DNA from: the human T2T-CHM13v2.0 reference genome, Homo sapiens
DNA: 64,000 nt
Direction: 5' to 3' (one strand)
Assembly: GCF_009914755.1 (NCBI RefSeq)
Contig: NC_060948.1
Positions 19,737 to 31,767 of the stretch are shown one piece after another. Each line of letters opens with the position of its first letter. Position 1 is the stretch's first letter. Under the pieces are notes generated by a model. It made no database searches. It had not been told where the DNA came from and worked only from the letters and a program-made list of their open reading frames with translations. A program made the position numbers and the translations under genes.

Positions 19737-21268
19737 TACGTATACATTATGTATATAATAATATACAGTATCATATATATAACATATATAACCTATGTAT
19801 AATATTGTTTTACATCCTGCATCTTATATTATATATATTGTATATAATATAATAATTGATAATATATAAGTTTTATATTTATACAATATGACATATAATA
19901 TATATTATATTTTATTACATATATAATATATATTATGTATCATATATAATATATTATATGGTTAATATACGTATTAAATATAAAATATATATTATAAGTA
20001 TTATATATAGTGTACCTAAGTTATATATAATATACCCTATATATAATATATATATTATGTCTATGTTATATATAGTATAAAACAACATATAATAATATAT
20101 AATTTTATATATAAAATATGACATATAATATATATTATATTTTATGACCTGTATAATTTATATTATATATTATATACAATACGTTGTATGTATAATATAT
20201 ATATTAAATATATATTATATGACTATGTTATTAATTATATGTCATATATGTTGTATATTATATATTTTACATAGAATATACTGGTTATATATAATATATA
20301 CTATGTTACCTATAATGTATAATTTATTACATATAATATAATGTATGTCATATATTATATATAATTTATAATATACAATATGTGGAATATGATATATATA
20401 ACATATAATATATGATATATGATATACAATATATGATATATAATATACAATATATGATACATTATATATATGGTATACAATATATATTTTATGATATGTA
20501 TTATATATGTTTTATATTATGTTATATATAAGTATGTGAAATAATATATAACTGTATAATATTTTATGTAAATATGTAACATAATATATATAACTATGAA
20601 ATATATTATATATAACTATAAATTATGTCTTATATAGTTTTATTACACTTTACATAAAATATCATAATATAATATATATTATATTATTTTATATTACATA
20701 ATATATATTATATATCACCTAATATAAGTTACATACATAATATTAAAATATAGATTATATTATGATGTATTAAATATCATATATATCATGTATCATATAT
20801 TGTATAATATATATTATACATTTTATATTATATATGTTGTCTATTATGTGATATATATAATTATATATATAATTACATTATTATACATATAACTACATAA
20901 AGATGTAATTCCATATGTTTTCATTTACAGTATATATAATTATATAATCATATATATTTATTTATATTCTAGAAAAAATTATATCATTATATAAATAATA
21001 ATATATAAAAATTATAATATGTACTAAAATATATATATTATATATCATATATGATATAGTATATTTGTTATATATCATATTACATATAACTATATATTAT
21101 GTTATCTATAATAACATATTTTCATATATAAGATGTATAATATGTATTATATATTATAAATGTTATGTAATATATATAGTATACATAAGATGACACAGGA
21201 TAAATATTATATACTATGACATATAAAATATATGAGGTTATATGTTACATATAAGGCATAGCACATAA

Positions 21269-21583
<315 letters not shown>

Positions 21584-22153
21584 AGATCCATATTTTTTAA
21601 ATGAAAAAAAATTTCAAAGGTACTCTGCTTGGTACAGTAATCAAATCTATAAACTGAGGAATAAAACATAACCGTGAAACATACTTATAACTGCATATGG
21701 AAAATACAGAGTATAATTTTTTAAAATAACATATTTTGAAAGCCTTAACTAGTAATTTGAAGGGTTTGCATTTGAAAGGCCAGTATGAATATACCTTCAA
21801 AGCAGCAACACAGGTTCCAAATGAGAACAATCAAACTCAGGGAAAATAAAACCACAAATGTTCACTCTGTTCTGACCTTTGAAAAACACAGCACAGACAG
21901 TGGCACTTAGGACCAAGAGCAGGAGATCCCTAATCCCGTCACCATGGCGATAGGGCATAAACATTGCGGGGTGAGGGCACAATGCACATTGTGAGGTCCA
22001 ATTGCTGCCAGGAAGACAGGAGTGCTTTTACATAGACCGAAAGGTCATTGAAGGCTCAGATTTTCGTTTCAAAAACTGAATCCCAAGCCCACACGTTATT
22101 ATGCTGCACTTCTTAAAACAAGTTATGAGAAGGGAAATAGGGCACTCACAACA
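21584..22153. repeat. HSATI-type segment, copy 9 (diverged)
   Basis: Colinear with other copies but with many substitutions. Confidence 0.8.
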
Positions 22154-23680
22154 TACGTATATAGTATGTATATAATAATATACACTATCATATATATAAT
22201 ATATATAACCTATGTATAATATTGTTTTACATCCTGCATCTTATATTATATATATTATATGTAATATAATAATTGATAATATATAAGTTTATATTTATAC
22301 AATATGACATATAATATATATTATATTTTATGACATATATAATATAGATTATATATCATATATAGAATATACTATACGGTTAATATACGTATTAAATATA
22401 TAATATACATTATATATATTATATCTACGTTATATATAACATTAACTATAGATAATATATATATTATATCTAGCTTATATATAATATAAAATAACAGATA
22501 ATTATATATAATTGTATATATAAAATATGACATATAATATATATTATATTTTATGACATATATATCATATATATTATATATTATATATAATATGTTGTAT
22601 GTATAATACATATATTATATATATATTATAAGTCTAAATTATTAATTATATGCAATATATGTTATATATTACATATTTTACATTTCATACACATGTTACA
22701 TACAATATATACTATGTTACATGTTACCTAGAATTTATTATATATAATATAATGTATGTCATATATTATATATACTTTATAGTATGCAATATGTGGAATG
22801 TGATATATATAACATGTAATATATGATATATGATATACGATATATGATATATAATATACAATATATGATACATTTTATATATGGTATACAATATATATTT
22901 TATGATATATATCATATATGTTTTATATTATATTATACATAACCATTTAATTATATATAACTCTATAATATTGTAGGTAAATATATAATATAATACATAT
23001 AACCATATATTATGTTATTTATAATTTTATTACGTACATTCAATAATATATCATAATATAATATATATTATATTATATTATTTTATATTACATAATATAT
23101 ATTATATATCACATAGTATGTGTTACATACATAATATTTAAATATATATTATATTATGATATATTAAATATTATATATATTATGTATGCTATACTGTATA
23201 ATATATATTATATATTATATATTATGCAGGGTGTCTATTATATGATATATATTATAATATATATAATTATATTATACATATAACGATATAAATATGTAAT
23301 TATATTTAACATTATTTATATTACATATAGTTATATAATCATATATAATAATTTATATTATAAAAATAATTATATCATTATATAAATTATAGTATATATA
23401 AATTATAATATGTGATAAATAATATATATTATATATCATATATGATATAGCATATATGTTATATATCATATTATATATCAATTTACGTTATGATATCTAT
23501 AATTATATATTTTCATATATAAGATGTATAATATGAATTATATATTATATATGTTATTAAATATATACTTTATATAAAATGACACAGGATAAATGTTATA
23601 TATTATGACATATGATATATATGCGGTTATATATTATATATGAAGCATATTACATAACATATAATATATATCATATATAA

Positions 23681-23972
<292 letters not shown>

Positions 23973-24540
23973 AGATCCATATTTTTTAAATGAAAAAAAA
24001 TTTCAAAGTTATTCTGCTTGGTACAATAATCAAATATATAAACTGAGGGTTAAAACATAACCTTGGAACATATTTATAAGTGCATATGGATAATACAGAG
24101 GATAATTTTTTAAATAACATATTTTGAAAGCATTAACTGGTAATTTGAAGAGTTGGCATTTGAAAGGCCAGTATGAATATACCTTCAAAGCAGCAACACA
24201 GGTTCCCCATGAGAAAAAGCAAACACAGGGAAAATAAAAACACAAAGGTTCAATCTCTTCTGACCTTTGAAAGACACAGCACAGACAGTGGTCCTTAGGA
24301 CGAAGAGCAGGAGACCCCTAATTCCGTCACCATGGCGATAGGGCATAAACATTGCTGGGTGAGGGCACAATCCACATTGTGAGGTCCAACTGCTGCCAGG
24401 AAGACAGGAGTGCTTTTACATAGACCCAAAGGTCATTGAAGGCTCAGTGTTTTGTTTCAAAAACTGAATCCCAAGCCCACACGTTATTATGCTGTGCTTC
24501 TTAAAAAAAGTTATGAGATGGGAAATAGGGCACCCACAAT
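23973..24540. repeat. HSATI-type segment, copy 10 (mosaic)
   Basis: Diverged flanks around a core that matches copies 6-8. Confidence 0.8.
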
Positions 24541-25445
24541 TATATCTATACATTATGTATATAATAATATATAGAATCATATATATAATATATGTAACAT
24601 ATATATATAATACTGTTTTACATCCTGCAGTTATATTATATATATTATATGTATTATAATAACTGGTAATGTATAAGTATTATATTTATACACTGTGACA
24701 TATAATAATTATATTTTATGCCGTATATAATATATATTATATATCATATACCAAATATATTATATGGTTAATATACGTATTAAATATATAATATACATTA
24801 TAAATATTATATCTACGTTATATATAACATTCACTATAGTTAATATATATATTATATCTAGCTTATATATAATATAAAATAACATGTAATAATATATAAC
24901 TGTATATATAAAATATGACATATAATATATATTATATTTTATGACATATATATGATATGTATTATATATTATATATAATATGTTGTAAGTATAATACATG
25001 TATTAAATATATATTATATGTCTATGTTATTAATTATATGTAATATATGTTATATATTACATATTTGATATGGAATACACATGTTACATAGAATATATTC
25101 TATGTTACATATAACGTAGAATTTATTATGTGTAATATAATGTATGGCATATATTATAAATTCCTTATAATATACAATATGTGGAATGTGATATATATAA
25201 CTTGTAATATATGATATATGATATACAATATATGTTATATAACATACAATATATGATACATAATATATATGGTATAGAATATATATTTTATGTTATATAT
25301 TATATATGTTTTATATTTTATTATATATAAATATTTAAAATTATATATAACTGTATAATGTTATACGTAAATATATAATATACTACATATAACCATATAT
25401 TATGTTATATAAAATTTTACTACATACTTTCCATAATATATCATA
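24541..25445. repeat. Terminal truncated AT-rich tract of the DYZ2 array
   Basis: Only ~0.9 kb of the ~1.55-kb tract; ends at ...ccataatatatcata. Confidence 0.9.
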
Positions 25446-27140
25446 TGGACTCCTTTGGAATGGTCTAGTATGCAATGCAATCGACTGGCAGGGAATTAAA
25501 AGGAATGCAATCGAATGGATTGCACAGGAATGCAATGGACTCGAATAGATTGGAAACAGAATGCAAAGGAATGGAATGGAATAGTATGGAATGGAATGGA
25601 AAGGAATGGAGTGGAATAGACTAGAGTAGAATGGAATTTACTCGAAAGCAATGGACTGGAATAGAACTTTCTTGAATGGGCTGGAATCAAACGGAATGGA
25701 ATGCTGTGCAATCAAATAGAATGAAAGAGAATCAAATCCAATCGAATGGATTGGAAAGGAATTGACTGAAATGGAATGGACTAGAATGGAAGGCAAAGGA
25801 ATGGAATCTATAGGAATGGACTGTAATGGAATGGAATGGAAGGGATTGGAATGGAATCGAATGGAATGGACTGCAATAGAAAGGATTCGAATGGAATGAA
25901 AAAGAATTGAATGGAATAGAACAGAATGGAATCAAATCGAATGAAATGGAATGAAATAGAAAGGATTCGAATGGAATGCAATCGAACGGAATGGAATCGA
26001 ACGGAATGGAATAAAATGGAAGAAAACTGGCAAGAAATGGAATCGAAATGAATGGAGTGTTATGGAACGGACTCAAAAGGAATTGAATGTAATAGAATGG
26101 AGTGGAGTGGACTCGAATATAATGGACTGGAATGGAATGAAATCACATGGAATGGGAACGAATGGAATGGAATGGAAAGGAATGGAATCGAATGGAAAGG
26201 AATCGAATGGAAGGGAATGAAATTGAATCAACAGGAATGGAAGGGAATAGAATAGACGGTAATGGAATGGACTCGAATAGAATGGACACGAATGCTCAAA
26301 TTGAATGGACTCGAATGGAATGGAAACGAAAGGAATGTCATCGAATGTAATTGAATCGATTGGAATGAAATCGCATAGAATGGAGTGGAATCAAATGGAA
26401 TTGAGTCGAAAGGAAAGGAAGCGAATGGACTGAAATGAAATGGAATGGAATTGAATGGAAAGTAATGCAATGGAATAGAATGGAACGAAATTTCACGGAA
26501 TGGAATCAAACTGAATGGAATCAAATCAATGGAATCAAATCAAATGGAATGGAAAGGAATTGAATGGAGTAGATGGGATTGGATGGGATTGGAATGAAAT
26601 GTACTGGAAAGAACTCGAATTTCATGAAACGGAATGGAATGAATTGGAACGGAATGGACTCGAATGGAATGGAATGTCATGGAATGGCATCAAATGGAAT
26701 GGCATCAAATGGAATGGAATCGAATGCAATGGAATGCTATGGAATGGAATGGAATGCATTGGAATGGAATGTCCTCTAATGGAATGGATTCGAGTGGAAT
26801 GGAATCGAATATAATGGAGTCGAATGAAATGGAATTGAAAGGAATGGGACCGAATACAATGGAATATACTGGAATGTAATGTAATGAACTCGAATGTAAT
26901 TGACTGCAATGGAATGTACATGAATGGAATGTAATCGAATGGAAAGTAATCCAATGGAATAGAATCTAATGCAATAAAATCGACTCAAATAGAATAGAAT
27001 GTAATGGAATGGAGTGCAGTGCAATGGAATGGAATGGAATGGAATGCAGTGGAATGGAATGGAATGGAATGCAATGGAATGGAATGTATTAGAATGTAAT
27101 GAACATTAATGGAATGTACTCGAATGGATTCGACTGGAAT

Positions 27141-27155
27141 GGAATGTTCTGGAAG
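27141..27155. promoter_or_regulatory. Perfect heat-shock-element motif nGAAnnTTCnnGAAn (HSE-a, once per DYZ1 unit)
   Basis: gGAAtgTTCtgGAAg. The motif match is exact; function is not shown. Confidence 0.5.
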
Positions 27156-27420
27156 TTTATGGACTCCAATGGAATAGATTCGAAAGGAATGGAATCGAAC
27201 GGAATGGAATCTAATGGAATGGAATTAAATGGAAATGAATCAAATTGAGTAGCACGGAATTGAATTGAATGGAATAGAATGCAATGTAATCTAATGAAAC
27301 AGAAAGGAAAGGAATGGAATGGAATGGAATGGGCTGGAATGGAATGGAATCGAAACGAATGGAATGGAATCGAACTAAAGAGACTGGAATGGAATGCACT
27401 GGAATGGAAGGGAGTGTAAT

Positions 27421-27435
27421 GGAAGGTTCTCGAAA
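27421..27435. promoter_or_regulatory. Perfect HSE motif (HSE-b, once per DYZ1 unit)
   Basis: gGAAggTTCtcGAAa. The motif match is exact; function is not shown. Confidence 0.5.
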
Positions 27436-28223
27436 AAAATGGAATCGAATGGAATGGAATTGAATGGAACGGAATAGAGTCGAATGGAATTGAATGGAAT
27501 GGAATGGACTAGAGTGAAATGGAATCGAACCACAAGGAATGGAGAGGAATAGAATGGTCTCGAATTGAATGGAATCGTATGGAATGGCATCAAACGGAAT
27601 GGAATGGACAGCCACGGAATGGAATGCACTCGAATGCAATGGAGTCGAAACTAATGGACTGGAATAGAATGGACTCGACTGGTACGGACTCCAATGGAAT
27701 GGAATCGAATGGAAGGGAATCGAACGGAATGGACTCGAAGGGAAAAGACTGCAATGGAAAGGTCTCGAATGGAATGGAAATTAATGGAATGGAATGGAAT
27801 CGAATGAAATGGAGTCAAAAGGAATGGAATCGAATGGTAAGAAATCGAATGTAATGGAATCGCAAGGAATTGATGTGAACGGAACGGAATGGAATGGAAT
27901 CCAAAGGAATGGAATAGAATGGAATGGAATCAAATGGAAAGGACTCGAATGGAAATCACTCGAATAGAATGCAATTTAATAAAATAGGATCAAATGTAAT
28001 GCAATGGAATGGAAAGGAATCGAAACGAAAGGAATGGAGACAGATGGAATGGAATGTAACAGAGAGCAATGGTATAGAATGGAATGGAATCATCTGGAAT
28101 GGAATTGAATGGAATGCAATAACATGAAATGGAATGGAATGGAATGGAATGCCCTTGAATTAAATGGACTGGAATGGAATGGACTCGAACAGAGTGTAAT
28201 GGAAAGTGTTGAAATAGAATGGA

Positions 28224-31200
28224 ATGGACTCGTTTGGAATGGTCTAGTATGCAATGCAATCGACTGGCAGGGAATCAAAAGGAATGTAATCGAATGGATT
28301 GGACTGGAATGCAATGGACTCGAATAGATTGGAAACGGAATGCAAAGGAATGGAATGGAATAGTATGGAATGGAATGGAAAGGAATGGAGTGGAATAGAC
28401 TAGAGTGGAATGGAATGGACTCAAAAGCAATGGACTGGAATGGAACTTTCTTGAATGGACTGGAATCAAACGGAATGGAATGCAATGCAATCAAATGGCA
28501 TGGAATAAAATAGAATGAAAGAGAATCAAATGGAATTGAATGGAATGGAATCGAATGGATTGGAAAGGAATAGAATGGAATGGAATGGAATTGACTCAAA
28601 TGGAATGGACTAGAATGGAATGGATTCGAATGGAAGGCAAAGGAATGGAATCTATTGGAATGGACTGTAATGGAATGGAATGGAAGGGATTGGAATGGAC
28701 TCGAATGGAATGGACTGCAATAGAAAGGATTCGAATGGAATGAAAAAGAATTGAATGGAATAGAACAGAATGGAATCAAATCGAATGAAATGGAATGGAA
28801 TAGAAAGGAATGGAATGAAATGGAATGGAAAGGATTCGAATGGAATGCAATCGAATGGAATGGAATCGAACGGAATGGAATAAAATGGAAGAAAACTGGC
28901 AAGAAATGGAATCGAAATGAATGGAGTGTTATGGAACGGACTCAAAAGGAATTGAATGTAATAGAATTGAGTGAAGTGGACTCGAATATAATGGACTGGA
29001 ATGGAATGAAATCACATGGAATGGGAACGAATGGAATGGAATGGAAAGGAATGGAATCGAATGGAAAGGAATGGAATGGAAGGGAATGAAACTGAATCAA
29101 CAGGAATGGAAGGGAGTAGAATAGACGGTAATGGAATGGACTCGAATAGAATGGACACGAATGCACAAATTGAATGGACTCGAATGGAATGGAAACGAAA
29201 GGAATGTCATCGAATGGAATTGAATCGATTGGAATGAAATCGCATAGAATGGAGTGGAATCAAATGGAATTGAATCGAAAGGAAAGGAAGCGAATGGACT
29301 GAAATGGAATGGAATGGAATGGAAAGTAATGCAATGGAATAGAATGGAACGAAATTTCACGGAATGGAATCAAACTGAATAGAATCAAATCAATGGAATA
29401 TAATCAAATGGAATGGAAAGGAATTGAATGGAGTAGATTGGATTGGATGGGATTGGAATGAAATGGAATGGAAAGGACTCGAATTTCATGAAACGGAATG
29501 GAATGAATTGGAACGGAATGGACTCGAATGGAATGGAATGTCATGGAATTGCATCAAATGGAATGGCATCAAAGGGAATGGAATCGAATGCAATGGAATG
29601 CTATGGAATGGAATGGAATGCATTGGAATGGAATGTCCTCTAATGGAATGGATTCGAGTGGAATGGAATCGAATATAATGGAGTCGAATGAAATGGAATT
29701 GAAAGGAATGGGATCGAATACAATGGAATATACTGGAATGTAACGTAATGAACTCGAATGTAATTGACTGGAATGGAATGTACACGAATGGAATGTAATC
29801 GAATGGAAAGTAATCCAATGGAATAGAATCTAATGCAATAAAATCGACTCAAATAGAATAGAATGCAATGGAATGGAGTGCAGTGCAATGGAATGGAATG
29901 GAATGGAATGCAATGGAATGGAATGGAATGGAATGGAATGCAATGGGATGGAATGGTATGGAATGGATAGTAATGGACTGGAGTGAAATGGACTGGAAAG
30001 GAATGGACTCAAATTGAAAGGTCTCGAAAGGAATGGAGTCAAATGGAATGGTCTGGAATGGAATGAACACGAATGTAATGCAATCCAATAGAATGGAATC
30101 GAATGGCATGGAATATAAAGAAATGGAATCGAAGAGAATGGAAACAAATGGAATGGAATTGAATGGAATGGAATTGAATGGAATGGGAACGAATGGAGTG
30201 AAATTGTATGCAGTAGAAGAGAATAGAATGGAATGCAAGCGAAAGGAAAGGAATGGATTGGAATGGAATGGAATTCATTGGAATGGAAGGGAATGTAGTG
30301 TAATGGACAGGCCTGGAATAAAGTGGAATGCTACGGTCTCGAATGGAATAAAAATGTATGGAATGGAATGCAATGAAACGGAATCGAATGTCATAGAATG
30401 TAATGGAATGCAAAAAAATGGAATCCAAAATCATTGACTGGAAAGGCTGGGTGTCGAAAGGAATTGACTCCAATGGAATGGAATCGAATGGAATGGAAGT
30501 GAATAGAATCGAACTAAATCGAATGGAATGGAATTGATAGGAACGGAATGGAAAGGAATGCAATGATTTGGCATGGAATGGAATCGAATGGCATCGAATG
30601 GAATGGAATGGAATGCAATGGAATGGAATGTATTAGAATGTAATGAACTTTAATGGAATGTACTCGAATGGATTCGACTGGAATGGAATGTTCTGGAAGT
30701 GAATGGACTCCAATGGAATGGATTCGAAAGGAATGGAATCGTACGGAATGGAATCTAATGGAATGGAATTAAATGGAAATGAATCAAATTGAATAGCACG
30801 GAATTGAATTGAATGGAATGGAATGCAATGGAATCTAATGAAACGGAAAGGAAAGGAATGGAATGGAATGGAATGGGCTGGAATGGAAAGGAATCGAAAC
30901 GAATGGAATGGAATCGAACTGAAGAGACTGGAATGGAATGCACTGGAATGGAAGGGAGTGTAATGGAAGGTTCTCGAAAAAAATGGAATCGAATGGAATG
31001 GAATTGAATGGAACGGAATAGAGTCGAATGGAATTGAATGGAATGGAATGGACTAGAGTGAAATGGAATCGAACCACAAGGAATGGACAGGAATAGAATG
31101 GTCTCGAATTGAATGGAATCGTATGGAATGGCATCAAACGGAATGGAATGGACAGCCACGGAATGGAATGCACTCGAATGCAATGGAGTCGAAACTAATG

Positions 31201-31767
31201 GACTGGAATAGAATGGACTCGACTGGTACGGACTCCAATGGAATGGAATCGAATGCAAGGGAATCGAACGGAATGGACTCGAAGGGAAAAGACTGCAATG
31301 GAAAGGTCTCGAATGGAATGGAAATTAATGGAATGGATTGGAATCGAATGAAATGGAGTCAAAAGGAATGGAATCGAATGGCAAGAAATCAAATGTAATG
31401 GAATCGCAAGGAATTGATGTGAACGGAACGGAATGGAATGGAATCCAAAGGAATGGAATAGAATGGAATGGAATCGAATGGAAAGGACTCGAATGGAAAT
31501 CACTCGAATAGAATGCAATTTAATAAAATAGGATCAAATGTAATGGAATGGAATGGAAAGGAATCGAAACGAAAGGAATGGAGACAGATGGAATGGAATG
31601 GAACAGAGAGCAATGGTATAGAATGGAATGGAATCATCTGGAATGGAATTGAATGGAATGGAATAACATGAAATGGAATGGAATGGAATGGAATGCCCTT
31701 GAATTAAATGGACTGGAATGGAATGGACTCGAACAGAGTGGAATGGAAAGTGTTGAAATATAATGGA
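28224..31767 (+). repeat. DYZ1 unit 2 (3544 bp)
   Basis: Landmark-to-landmark spacing. Confidence 0.92.
28442..28456. promoter_or_regulatory. Perfect HSE motif (HSE-c, once per DYZ1 unit)
   Basis: gGAActTTCttGAAt. The motif match is exact; function is not shown. Confidence 0.5.

Larger units (their letters stand above)
25445..28223 (+). repeat. DYZ1 unit 1 (2779 bp, multiply deleted)
   Basis: Units phased on atggactc[gc]tttggaatgg; this one lacks a 680-bp segment and ~90 bp of small blocks. Confidence 0.92.

Noticed and set aside
26219-26230. DUX4-like motif gaaattgaatca once per DYZ1 unit
   Set aside because: Lacks the leading TAA of the DUX4 consensus; near-matches are expected in this background.
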